Shown in pieces: positions 54,984-64,000 of a DNA stretch of 64,000 nt; position 1 is the stretch's first letter; each line of letters opens with the position of its first letter. The position numbers and the translations under genes are program-made. Source of the DNA: Gammaproteobacteria bacterium (lineage in GTDB: Bacteria > Pseudomonadota > Gammaproteobacteria > JBCCGL01); NCBI GenBank assembly GCA_965277715.1, contig OZ255836.1, forward strand, positions 3,520,001 to 3,584,000, written 5' to 3'. The notes under the pieces were generated by a model. It was not told where the DNA came from. It searched no databases and was given only the letters and a program-made list of their open reading frames with translations.

Positions 54984-56444
54984 ATGTTAATATCAATTTA
55001 CGCAATAGTTTTTTTAGCATTGGGCTTAATTTCCATATTTCTATTTCATAGTAGTATGTATGTGCCGATATTAATTTCTATTTTTGTATCCTTGATAATT
55101 TCGGTTTTTTTGTTTAGGCAATTTAAACTTAAAAAAACTGGCACTTTAATGTTATTGCTGTGGCTAGTTTATGTGTTGCCATTTATTCATATAGTGCCCT
55201 ACTTATGGTTCGATTTTTATAAAGATGATCCATGGCTTTTGTGGGGATTGAAAGTTAATCCGTATATGGTTGATGAAAATATTATCATGTTAACAGCTAT
55301 GATTGGGGCAGTAGGAGGACTTGGGTTTGCATTAGGTGTATCACTTACTAATAGTAAAATTGTAAATGATCAACGTTTTGAATTAGGAATGAAACCGACA
55401 AGAATTGAAACGTTATCAACTCCTATTTGGATTTTTTGGGTCATAGTCGGGGTTACTCTTTCCTGGTTGGCCGCACCGCAGGAAACGGTTTTTACATCTG
55501 CATATACTGAATCTGTGTCGATTCTTCAGGATGTTAATTTTAGTAGCGCGTGGATGTTTTCTTATGTGTTGTTAATTTTCTCTCTATGTGATGCTATAAT
55601 TGATAGCAATCCTGTTCGAAGAACTTTTAAAAGATATTTTATTTTTGGGGTAATAGTATTCGTTGTGGTTTTCCTACAACTTTTAAGAGGTGATCGAGAA
55701 TCTTTGCCTTTTGTTTTTAGTATTATATTGATTTATTTTTATTGGGCTGCCCCTATTACTCAAAAACACCGAGTAAGAATGCCTTGGGCAATATTAGTGT
55801 CCGGTGGGTTAGGTTTGCTGGTAGTTGCTTTAATGGTTGGAGTGCTGCGTTCTGCGCTTGTAAATATTTCTGATTTTAATGCTGTTTTGCTTTTACTTGC
55901 GGAGATGGGAGAGTCTGGTGTTATTCGTTTGGAAAACTTATTTTATGGAACATGGTCTGCAGTACTATTAACACCGCTTTCTGTTGCTGGTGATCATATC
56001 AATGGACTGCTTCCTTTGAAGTATGGGGAAACCTACCTGGATTTTATTTTGTCGATCCCACCAGGATTTATTGCCGATTGGATTGGGTACACACGACCTA
56101 TCAATGCTTTTGCTGGACCCGCTTGGGACATGCGTTACGGTCTTGGAGGAACTCATGCCAGTGTTGTACCATTCATGAACTTTCAAATAATAGGTGTATT
56201 TTTAATTCCTGCTTTGTGGGCTTATATTATCGCACGATATGAAAAAAAAGCATTGAGTAGAGTAAGTGTTATTAATCTTTCATTGCTAGGAGTATTAGCT
56301 ATGGCTTCCCCTCATTGGTTATGGTACGGTGAAAAAAGCGTTATTAATGCAATTATTATTTGGATGGTGTTGGTTTTTGCGTATCGGGTTAGCTTATCTC
56401 TACCGAGGGTTTTTTCAGTGCAGCGTTTTTCAATGCCTACCTGA
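54984..56444 (+). CDS. putative Wzy polysaccharide polymerase
   Basis: Multi-TM protein with RGDR motif and a large loop, inside a Wzx locus. Confidence 0.6.
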   Translation: MLISIYAIVFLALGLISIFLFHSSMYVPILISIFVSLIISVFLFRQFKLKKTGTLMLLLWLVYVLPFIHIVPYLWFDFYKDDPWLLWGLKVNPYMVDENIIMLTAMIGAVGGLGFALGVSLTNSKIVNDQRFELGMKPTRIETLSTPIWIFWVIVGVTLSWLAAPQETVFTSAYTESVSILQDVNFSSAWMFSYVLLIFSLCDAIIDSNPVRRTFKRYFIFGVIVFVVVFLQLLRGDRESLPFVFSIILIYFYWAAPITQKHRVRMPWAILVSGGLGLLVVALMVGVLRSALVNISDFNAVLLLLAEMGESGVIRLENLFYGTWSAVLLTPLSVAGDHINGLLPLKYGETYLDFILSIPPGFIADWIGYTRPINAFAGPAWDMRYGLGGTHASVVPFMNFQIIGVFLIPALWAYIIARYEKKALSRVSVINLSLLGVLAMASPHWLWYGEKSVINAIIIWMVLVFAYRVSLSLPRVFSVQRFSMPT

Positions 56445-56632
56445 GTCGGTAGTTTGAGAGCAGTCATAACTGTTACTATGATTTTGTTTGTGAAAATATT
56501 ATTATTTGACTCTGCATGTAAACAATATATGGTGATGAATACCATTTTTTAAATTTTTATATCTCAATTTTGTTGAGTTATATTCGTAGTTGATTGTACG
56601 CTTTTTGAAAAACTTTGCCAAAGTGGTGTGTT

Positions 56633-57703
56633 GTGAGAATTTTAATAGTAGGTGATTGGCATTCAGAGCTACATGAAGAAGTCGTATTTAGTGCTTTGGA
56701 CACGTTAGGACATGAACTATTAAAATTTGCTTGGCATAGTTATTTTGAATCAACTAACAAAATTAGTAACTTTAATAAAAAACTTCAAAATAAATTTATA
56801 ACTGGACCAATTATTCGCAAAATAAATCAAGATTTATTAGGGATAGTTTTAAGTTTTTCTCCAGATATGGTGTTTGTATATCGTGGAACACATATCATTT
56901 CATGCACTTTAAAAAAAATTAAACAAAAGTCACCAAAAACTATCCTAATAGGATATAACAACGATGATCCATTTGCCAAGGGACATCCGTATTCGTTGTG
57001 GAAGCATTTTTTTTCCGCAGTTCCTATGTATGATTTAATGCTCGCATATCGTCAAAAGAACATTGATGAACTCTATGGCGTTGGTGCGAAACGTGTAGAG
57101 TTATTGCGTTCTTGGTATTACTCGGAACGAAATTTTCCGGTTACTCTCTCTTTTGAGGATGAAAATAAGTATGGATGTGATGTTGTATTTGTTGGCCACT
57201 ATGAAGCAGATGGTCGAAAGCACTATTTAGAAATCTTGAGGAAAAATGGTATTAAACTGAATTTATTTGGGCCTGGATATGACTGGGATCCAGTAATTGA
57301 AAAGTCACCTGAGCTGAAACCTCTGATGCCTATAAATTTGGTTTGGGGCGAGGAATATAATAAGGCACTTTGTGGTGCAAAAATAGCATTATGCTTTCTT
57401 TCTAAACTAAATTCCGATACTTATACTCGTCGTTGTTTTGAAATTCCTGCTACTCGTACAATGATGTTTTCTGAATATACTGATGATCTTGCAAGTTTAT
57501 TTGAAGAGGGAAAAGAAGTTGAGTTTTTTCGCAATAAAAAAGAATTTTTAGAAAAAATTAAATTTTATCTGGCGAATGACACGCAGCGTGAAGCTGTAGC
57601 AAAAGCTGGTTATAATAAAGTGTGTGAGGAAGGGCATGATGTTATTTCTCGCATGTCTCAGGTATTGATTTGGGTTGATGAGATAAAAGAGAAGCAGATA
57701 TGA
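56633..57703 (+). CDS. glycosyltransferase (CgeB/GT-B type)
   Basis: DVVFVGHYE, TRRCFEIPA, LFEEGKEV motifs. Confidence 0.8.
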   Translation: MRILIVGDWHSELHEEVVFSALDTLGHELLKFAWHSYFESTNKISNFNKKLQNKFITGPIIRKINQDLLGIVLSFSPDMVFVYRGTHIISCTLKKIKQKSPKTILIGYNNDDPFAKGHPYSLWKHFFSAVPMYDLMLAYRQKNIDELYGVGAKRVELLRSWYYSERNFPVTLSFEDENKYGCDVVFVGHYEADGRKHYLEILRKNGIKLNLFGPGYDWDPVIEKSPELKPLMPINLVWGEEYNKALCGAKIALCFLSKLNSDTYTRRCFEIPATRTMMFSEYTDDLASLFEEGKEVEFFRNKKEFLEKIKFYLANDTQREAVAKAGYNKVCEEGHDVISRMSQVLIWVDEIKEKQI

Positions 57704-58398
57704 AATTGTTACGCAAAACTATCGATGTAGTATCTTTATTATTGGGTAAAATTAAGTATAAGCAAAGTATTTCAATACCTAATGATTCTATCGTTAAGGT
57801 AAATTTGGGCTGTGGTTTGGCAGTAGCTCCAGGCTGGATTAATATTGACGGCAGTCTTAATGCATTAGTAGCTACACTGCCAGCTTGGATTCATAAAATT
57901 GCTTACCGTCTAACGGGAGCAAAAAACTACTACAGTGAGAAAGAGTATCTTTGTTTGCTTCGAAATAATCGATTTGTTCATCACGATTTATCTTATGGTT
58001 TGCCTATCTCGGATAGTTCTGTAGATATTTTATATTCATCTCATTTTATTGAACATCTTTTTCGAAATGATGCGATAAATCTTTTAAAAGAAAGTTTTCG
58101 CGTCCTTAAACCAAAAGGCATACTTAGAGTATCAGTACCTGATCTTGAGTATGCAATATCATTATATTCAAATGGTGAAAAAGAAAAAATGTTATCTGCT
58201 TATTTTTTTGTAGATGATGATGATAGTTATTACGCTCGTCACAAGTACATGTATGATTATAGCATGATTTCGGGTATTTTAAAAAATGTTGGATTTAAAG
58301 ATGTTTATCGCTGTGATTATCAACAAGGACAAGCACTTGATTTAAATTTTCTTGATAATAGGCCTGATGAATCTCTATTTGTTGAAGCTGTACGTTAG
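57700..58398 (+). CDS. class I SAM-dependent methyltransferase-like protein
   Basis: VNLGCG, GWINID, YSSHFIEHL, RVLKPKG.LRVSVPD. Confidence 0.82.
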   Translation: MKLLRKTIDVVSLLLGKIKYKQSISIPNDSIVKVNLGCGLAVAPGWINIDGSLNALVATLPAWIHKIAYRLTGAKNYYSEKEYLCLLRNNRFVHHDLSYGLPISDSSVDILYSSHFIEHLFRNDAINLLKESFRVLKPKGILRVSVPDLEYAISLYSNGEKEKMLSAYFFVDDDDSYYARHKYMYDYSMISGILKNVGFKDVYRCDYQQGQALDLNFLDNRPDESLFVEAVR

Positions 58399-59767
58399 TG
58401 TGCCCTAATATTTTTGTTCTTCCGTGTGCCGTAGAGCAAAGAGTGTAGTAAGGCAAGAAGCTTTGCGACACTCAGAGCGTAAGCTCATAAGAAGATGGTG
58501 GTAGGCCCACCAGAGTCTGTTGTCGGTAACCGGCTTCAAACCACCCCAAGCTGCGTGCGTTAAGAGCGTAGGTGGTGAGCGTTGGGGAAAAGTCAATGCA
58601 AGAACATTGGCAGGTAAGATAGATGAGAGACGAGTAAACCCGAATACGTGTTGACGTGTCGAAACCAAATTGATAAGACATCAGAACCAGGGACGGGAGT
58701 TACAACTGGGATAAGTCTGTGCGTGAATGCTGAATGCGGCGGAGGTGGTGTCTGGCATACAGTGTACGTGACTGTGTATCAGGCTTTTTATGGGAACTGT
58801 GGGAACCAGTCGTTGTGATGCAAAGAGAGAAATACAAATCGCAAAAACGGTAAATATGAGAGTATCGAAGCACAGCACTGGGGCGGAGCTGTTCGTAGTA
58901 GTGATGAAGTGTTTGTAATGAACGTGGAGCGAAGGGGCAGCGTCAGATGGTTCTTTAAAGTGTTTACAACTGTCTTAGGCAGGAGGATATTCACGGAACA
59001 GAACAAAGACGTTAGGGCCTGTTGACGTTTCACATGGGTAACCAAAGAAAGGAGCATGCTAAGGCGAGCATGCTCCGATAATTCCGCTTCAACTTATCAT
59101 ATCGGGTGGCAATCGCTCGAAAATGCTTCAATCGAGCAAACACATTTTCAACCAGGTGTCGGTATTTGTATAAACACCAGTCGATATCCTCATTGCCTAT
59201 TTTTGAGTTGCTTCGCCGTGGAATAACCGGAACTGATTTTTTCTGTCTGATCTGATGGCGTAACGCCTCGCTGTCATACCCTTTGTCAGCCACCACATAC
59301 TCACTTTTTGGCAAGGCATCAATCACTTCAGGAGCCGCTGTGGAGTCATTAACCTGCCCAGCAGTGATGTCAAATAATACGGGCAACCCAAACCCATCTA
59401 CAATCATGTGTATTTTCGTTGTTTTCCCGCCTCGACTGTTGCCAATGGCTTGATTTTCATGCCCTCTAGCCCCTGCACTATGTTGGTGTGCCTTCACAAT
59501 ACTTCCATCAATAAATGCCCATTCTTGATCGGGTTCTTCGACAAGCGCATGGAAAATGTTGATTAACTTGCCTTTCGGTGACCAGTCATTGAAGCGTTTA
59601 TAAACGCTATTCCAGTCACCAAATGATGCCGGTAAATCTCGCTACGGACACCCCACACGCAATCGATAAAGAATTCCTTCGTAAGCGCCAAAGAATAGAC
59701 GTCTAGCAATTACTCGGGTTGGTCCTCACACTGCACCACAGCAACCCAATACCCGCATAGGTGTAGT

Positions 59768-60085
59768 ATGAGCAATAAAGAACGTGCGTCGTACTGGCGC
59801 AATCAAATTGAACAATGGCAAGCATCCGGTTTGAGTGGTGCGCAGTTTTGCCAGGATAACGGCATCAACTTGAAGCAGTTTTACTATTGGCACCGAAAAT
59901 GTTCCCGTAAAACTATTCAAGCAGTGCAGAGTAACATGCCTGTAGCAGGCTTTACCCAAGTGATGGTGGCTGATAGGCAAAGGGCTGATCCGGGTTTGTG
60001 TTTTACGCTGGCCAATGGCTGTGCCATTTCTGGCATTACCGCCGCTAACGTGACGTTAGTTGGCGCGTTACTGGCGCAGTTATGA
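59768..60085 (+). CDS. IS66 accessory protein TnpA
   Basis: W..SGLSGAQFC...FYYW HTH. Confidence 0.85.
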   Translation: MSNKERASYWRNQIEQWQASGLSGAQFCQDNGINLKQFYYWHRKCSRKTIQAVQSNMPVAGFTQVMVADRQRADPGLCFTLANGCAISGITAANVTLVGALLAQL

Positions 60086-60450
60086 TGGCCCGTTATTTAC
60101 GGCCATCGCTCGATATTCCAAAGGTGTTTTTATACCGAGAGGCGGTGGACTTTCGTAAGCAAAGCAATGGCCTTGCGGCCATTGTTGAGCGAGAGCTGGG
60201 TCACAACCTGTTTGATGGTGGCTTATACGTGTTTACCAATCGCCGCCGCAACAAAATCAAGTGTCTGATGTGGGAGGACAACGGTTTTGTACTGTATTAC
60301 AAAGCCTTGGCCGAAGAGCAATTTAAGTGGCCTGACCTCGATGAGGAAGTCATATCACTGACCGGCACACAAATAAATTGGTTGCTTGATGGCTATGATT
60401 TAGCCGCAATGAAAGGCCACAAAGTATTGCATTACGAATCTGTTTTTTAG
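60082..60450 (+). CDS. IS66 accessory protein TnpB
   Basis: VDFRK, FTNRRRNKIKCL.W..NGF, WLLDG. Confidence 0.9.
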   Translation: MMARYLRPSLDIPKVFLYREAVDFRKQSNGLAAIVERELGHNLFDGGLYVFTNRRRNKIKCLMWEDNGFVLYYKALAEEQFKWPDLDEEVISLTGTQINWLLDGYDLAAMKGHKVLHYESVF

Positions 60451-60501
60451 CCTGCTAAAGGGTGAAAAAGTGTTTAATTTTAATGATCTTTAGACAGCTA
60501 T

Positions 60502-62136
60502 TTGGTATTATTACGCGATGGTTTTGGCATCGGAAATTCAACAAAAACAACGCAATTACACCGGCTTAACGGCGGCTTAACGGCGGCTGAATTAGTGGCC
60601 GTGCTGGCAGAAAAAGAAGCCGAATTAGCGCACCATAACCAAATTATTCAACGTCACAAAAACACCATTAAAAACCGCGATCACTACATTCGTTTGCTGG
60701 AAGAACGGTTGCGTCTTTCCAAGGTTCAGAGGTTCGGCGCTAACAGCGAAAAGCTTGCCTTCCAGATTGACTTGTTTGATGAAGCGGAACTCGAACAAGC
60801 CATTGTCGACATTGATAACCAACTACCGGATGAGTTGCTACCTCAGCCTACGACCACGAACAAGAAAAAACGTCAACGCGGCTTCTCCAACCGTTTACCC
60901 CGTGTGCGCGTTGAGCTAGCCTTAAGCGATGAGGAAAAAGCAGGCGCTACACGTACTTTCTTTGTGAAAGTCAAAGAAGAACTCCAATACATTCCCGCAC
61001 AACTCAACGTTTTAGAGTACTGGCAAGAAAAGGCCGTCTTCAGCTACGCAGGTGATGACCACATCATCGCCGCGCAACGCCCCATACACCCTTTGGGTAA
61101 GTGCTTTGCCAGCACGGCTCTGCTCGCCAACATCATGGTGTCCAAATACGCCGATGGGTTGCCCTTGTATCGCCAGGAAAGCATTTTAAAGCGTTATGGA
61201 CATGCCGTGAGCCGCACCAACATGGCCAACTGGATGATTCGCCTGGAAGATGTCTTAAAACCCCTGATGACCTTGCTGCGGGAAAGTCAAAATGCCGGTG
61301 ATTATGTGCAAATGGACGAAACGCGTATCCAGGTACTCAAAGAAAATGGCAAAACCGCCCAATCCGATAAATGGATGTGGCTAACGCGCGGTGGCCCTCC
61401 AGCCCAGCCCAGTGTGTTGTTTGAATACGACCCCTCTCGTTCGGGCGAAGTGCCGCAACGCTTACTGGAAGGTTTTCAAGGCACTCTGCAAGTCGATGGC
61501 TATTCAGGGTATAACGGGGTGTGCGAACAACAAAATCTGACACGTATTGGTTGCTGGGATCATGTGCGCCGAAAATTCATTGATACCATTAAAGCCGCCG
61601 ATAAAGCAAACACGAAAAAACCCCGTGCCTCGAAAGCCGATGTCGCCATCGGTAAAATCCGCAAGCTCTATCTCATTGAGAAAAAGATACACGCGCTTGA
61701 ACCCGCAGAAAAACAAAGGTTTCGCCAAACACTTAGCCAACCGATATTAGAAGACTTCAAACAATGGCTGGATAAGCATATTACCCAGGTGGCTAAAAAG
61801 TCCCTTACGCGTAACGCCATGGACTATGCACTGAATCAATGGCATACCCTCACAGGCTACTGTGATGATGGACGGTTACACATCAGCAACGTGCTGGCTG
61901 AAAATGCCATTAGGCCTTTTGCCGTGGGTAGAAAAGCCTGGTTGTTTGCCGATTCAACCCGTGGCGCCCATGCCAGTGCCACATGTTACTCATTGATCGA
62001 AACGGCCAAAGCTAATGGGCTTGAACCCTATGCGTACATACTGCACGCCCTTAATCATATCGGCAGTACGGATACTCTTGAAAAGATAGAGGTCTTGCTG
62101 CCTTGGCATGTCGTTTTGGACATTACCTTGGAATAG
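60502..62136 (+). CDS. IS66 DDE transposase TnpC (likely frameshifted from its natural ATG at 60518)
   Basis: PLYRQE, MDETRIQVL, DGYSGY, CWDHVRRKF, AENAIRP, LLPW. Confidence 0.88.
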   Translation: MVLLRDGFGIGNSTKTTQLHRLNGGLTAAELVAVLAEKEAELAHHNQIIQRHKNTIKNRDHYIRLLEERLRLSKVQRFGANSEKLAFQIDLFDEAELEQAIVDIDNQLPDELLPQPTTTNKKKRQRGFSNRLPRVRVELALSDEEKAGATRTFFVKVKEELQYIPAQLNVLEYWQEKAVFSYAGDDHIIAAQRPIHPLGKCFASTALLANIMVSKYADGLPLYRQESILKRYGHAVSRTNMANWMIRLEDVLKPLMTLLRESQNAGDYVQMDETRIQVLKENGKTAQSDKWMWLTRGGPPAQPSVLFEYDPSRSGEVPQRLLEGFQGTLQVDGYSGYNGVCEQQNLTRIGCWDHVRRKFIDTIKAADKANTKKPRASKADVAIGKIRKLYLIEKKIHALEPAEKQRFRQTLSQPILEDFKQWLDKHITQVAKKSLTRNAMDYALNQWHTLTGYCDDGRLHISNVLAENAIRPFAVGRKAWLFADSTRGAHASATCYSLIETAKANGLEPYAYILHALNHIGSTDTLEKIEVLLPWHVVLDITLE

Positions 62137-63662
62137 AGGCTGATTTAAGGGCGCTTACATTCCTTCAACGACTAACCTTAACTTCGGCTTGTCATAAATG
62201 CCTTCTTTAAGCAAGCTACTCCGTAGCTTCGACCAATACTCATCGTTGAGCAATAATCGGGGCATGGCAAACTCGTATTTGTTGTTTTTCTCACATCCAA
62301 TGATACGAGTTTGCCTTTTGTTTCAAAAGCTTAAAAGCTTATAGCCAAACGTCAACAGGTCCTAGGCTATTTGTAGCAAAAGTGGACTGTAGACTGGTTC
62401 AGGAAGATACGTTTGTGGTTACATGATTTGTTTACCCATAGACGGGCAGGAACAGGCGAGGGTTTGTCTGATGGGAGCGGTATGAATCGAGAGGTTCACG
62501 TACCGTTCTGCGAGGGGTTGCGGGGGAGGTTCCCGCTGCCTACTCACCTGGTTTGTGTGAGGCTATAGTATTTCATGCTCCTTTGCTATTTTGAGAGAAC
62601 CCGATGTTATCGAGCCTTAAAGAACACTACAGTCAGCTCCTTGATCTGACAGATGAGTGGTCAGTGACATTAGTTGATTTAGAGACCCTTCAGGGTTTAA
62701 AAGTATCTATTTCGTTGGCGTTTAGCGATGACCAGGGTCCTTGTTCGCACTGTGGCGAAGTGAGCCCATTCTATGGCCACTGTTCACAAGAGTGATCCTG
62801 GAGGCACTTAGATACCATGCAATTTGAAACATGTTTGCACAGCCGCATTCCTAGGGTAAACTGTCCGGAACATGGTGTTAAAAGTATAGCGTTACCGTGG
62901 GCAAGCAATAGCAGTCGTTTTACGTTGTTGTTTGAATTATTTTTCATCAGGGTGTTGCCAGCCTCACGTAGCGTCGAAGAGGCGCGTAAGTTACTGGGGC
63001 TTAACTGAAACGCGGTGGAAGGAATCAAAGCCCGAGCTGTCGGGCGGGGTCTTTCGCGCCGGGAGTTGGTCACAATAAAGAATTGTTATCACTGGTTAAA
63101 AAACGAAAAAAATTTACCTGACAAAGCAGCTGTACACTTTGGAATTACTGAAGCATGATCAGTTATTGACAGCACGGACCTGGACGATAAAAGAACTGTT
63201 TCGTGATTTTTTGGGGGGATAAGGTGGCGGGTTAGGCAAAGCATTTCTTTGACAAGTGGTCTTTGTGGATAAGTCGGCGCCGACTGGACAGTATAAAGAA
63301 AATGGCAAAGATAATAAAAGCTCATTTGACGAAATATTGACATGGTTGAAGCGCACAATAAGTAATGCCGTATCAAAGAGCTTAAATTCAAAAAATCAGA
63401 CGCTTAAATCAAGCGCAAGAGGATTTTATGCGTTTGAAAGTTACCGGCAGAGTATTTTGTTTTACTGCGGAAAGCTGGATATGGAGTCAGTAACTTCACA
63501 ATAATCGGGAAAGCACCATTTAATTCAATGTGTATGCTGTAATTAAGATAATTTGATATGGAGTGAAAAAGAAGTGGTGTGCAATAGTTTTAATGCGAAG
63601 TTTTCAAATTTTCTAGGCATATCCAATATGTCAGTTAGCAACAATAGGTAATAATTTTCTCG

Positions 63663-64000
63663 ATGAAAACTCTTTCAATATGCATCCCAAGCTATAATCG
63701 ACCTGCTCAGTTATTCAAGCTACTCACGTCTATCGATTGTAGGCCGGAAGATATAGAAATTGTCATATGTGAAGACAAATCTCCAAAGCAAGAGGAGATA
63801 CGTTCTTTAGTTGAAGAGTACAAAACTCAATCTCTTTATAAAATAAGCTATTATCAGAATGAAAAAAACTTAGGGTTTGATGGTAATTTACGCCGATTAG
63901 TGAGTTTAGCAGCAGGCCGTTTTATTATGTTTATGGGTGATGATGATTTTTTTGTACCTGGTGGGTTAGATCGGTTTCTCTTGTTTTTGTCTGATAATAG
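63663..64000 (+). CDS. GT2 family glycosyltransferase (runs off window end)
   Basis: Hand translation MKTLSICIPSYNRP...IVICEDKSP...NLGFDGN...FMGDDD. Confidence 0.88.
   Translation, partial: MKTLSICIPSYNRPAQLFKLLTSIDCRPEDIEIVICEDKSPKQEEIRSLVEEYKTQSLYKISYYQNEKNLGFDGNLRRLVSLAAGRFIMFMGDDDFFVPGGLDRFLLFLSDN

Larger units (their letters stand above)
59681..62158 (+). mobile_element. IS66-family element
   Basis: Ends GTAAGCGCC / GGCGCTTAC; 8-bp TSD ATTCCTTC both sides; three ORFs. Confidence 0.95.
59015..62362 (-). mobile_element. IS5-family element copy 2, interrupted by IS66
   Basis: IRs GGGCCTGTTGACGTTT / AAACGTCAACAGGTCC, TA on both flanks; tnp C-terminus 59030-59497 (SRGGKTTKIH, ADKGYDS, RHLVENVFARLK); N-terminus near 62160-62265. 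Confidence 0.9.
58424..62547 (+). mobile_element. group II intron (class D-like), RT ORF largely deleted, interrupted by IS5::IS66
   Basis: 5' GTGTG; domain III-like GGGGCGGAGC...GTAGTAGTGATGAAG...GGAGCGAAGGGG; domain V GAGCGGTATGAATCGAGAGGTTCACGTACCGTTC (62475-62508); 3' CCTACTCAC. Confidence 0.85.
58415..63517 (+). mobile_element. ISL3-family element copy 4; left IR split by a group II intron, body 62548-63517 heavily decayed
   Basis: TGTTCTTCC (58415-58423) joined to CTGGTTTGTGTGAGG (62548-) rebuilds the ISL3 left end; right IR AATCGGGAAAGCACC. Confidence 0.82.

Noticed and set aside
58405-59057. Short minus-strand ORFs after the methyltransferase
   Set aside because: They are the antisense of the group II intron ribozyme domains.
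62363-62547. Retron or diversity-generating retroelement
   Set aside because: No RT catalytic domain, msr/msd or TR/VR pair is visible; domain V/VI identify a group II intron remnant.

Overview
Chromosomal window from a Gammaproteobacterium in three parts. (1) 1-16 kb is a metabolic and accessory stretch: class I fumarase, a MotB/OmpA protein with a 42-bp tandem-repeat coiled coil, a tungsten-type aldehyde ferredoxin oxidoreductase with two MoaD/ThiS-like genes, a MITE-truncated vapBC remnant beside tRNA-Thr(UGU), a RidA-Rieske-DUF1028 cluster, lpxL, a vWA lipoprotein-ECF sigma-anti-sigma-PrpD operon and an intact phd-vapC pair. (2) 16-46 kb is core genome: the str/S10/spc/alpha ribosomal clusters, uvrA/ssb, metK, a SAH riboswitch before ahcY, and miaB-ybeZ-ybeY-corC-lnt. 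(3) 46-64 kb is an AT-rich Wzx/Wzy surface-polysaccharide locus with wecA, rfaH, an EPS-type MarR regulator and an ops-like site. It is broken up by four co-oriented defective ISL3 copies plus IS5, IS3 and IS66 elements. The most striking structure is a four-level nest: a group II intron inserted inside the left terminal inverted repeat of an ISL3, interrupted by IS5, which is in turn interrupted by IS66. No CRISPR array or rRNA was seen. All family assignments come from motif recognition by eye; no database search was run.
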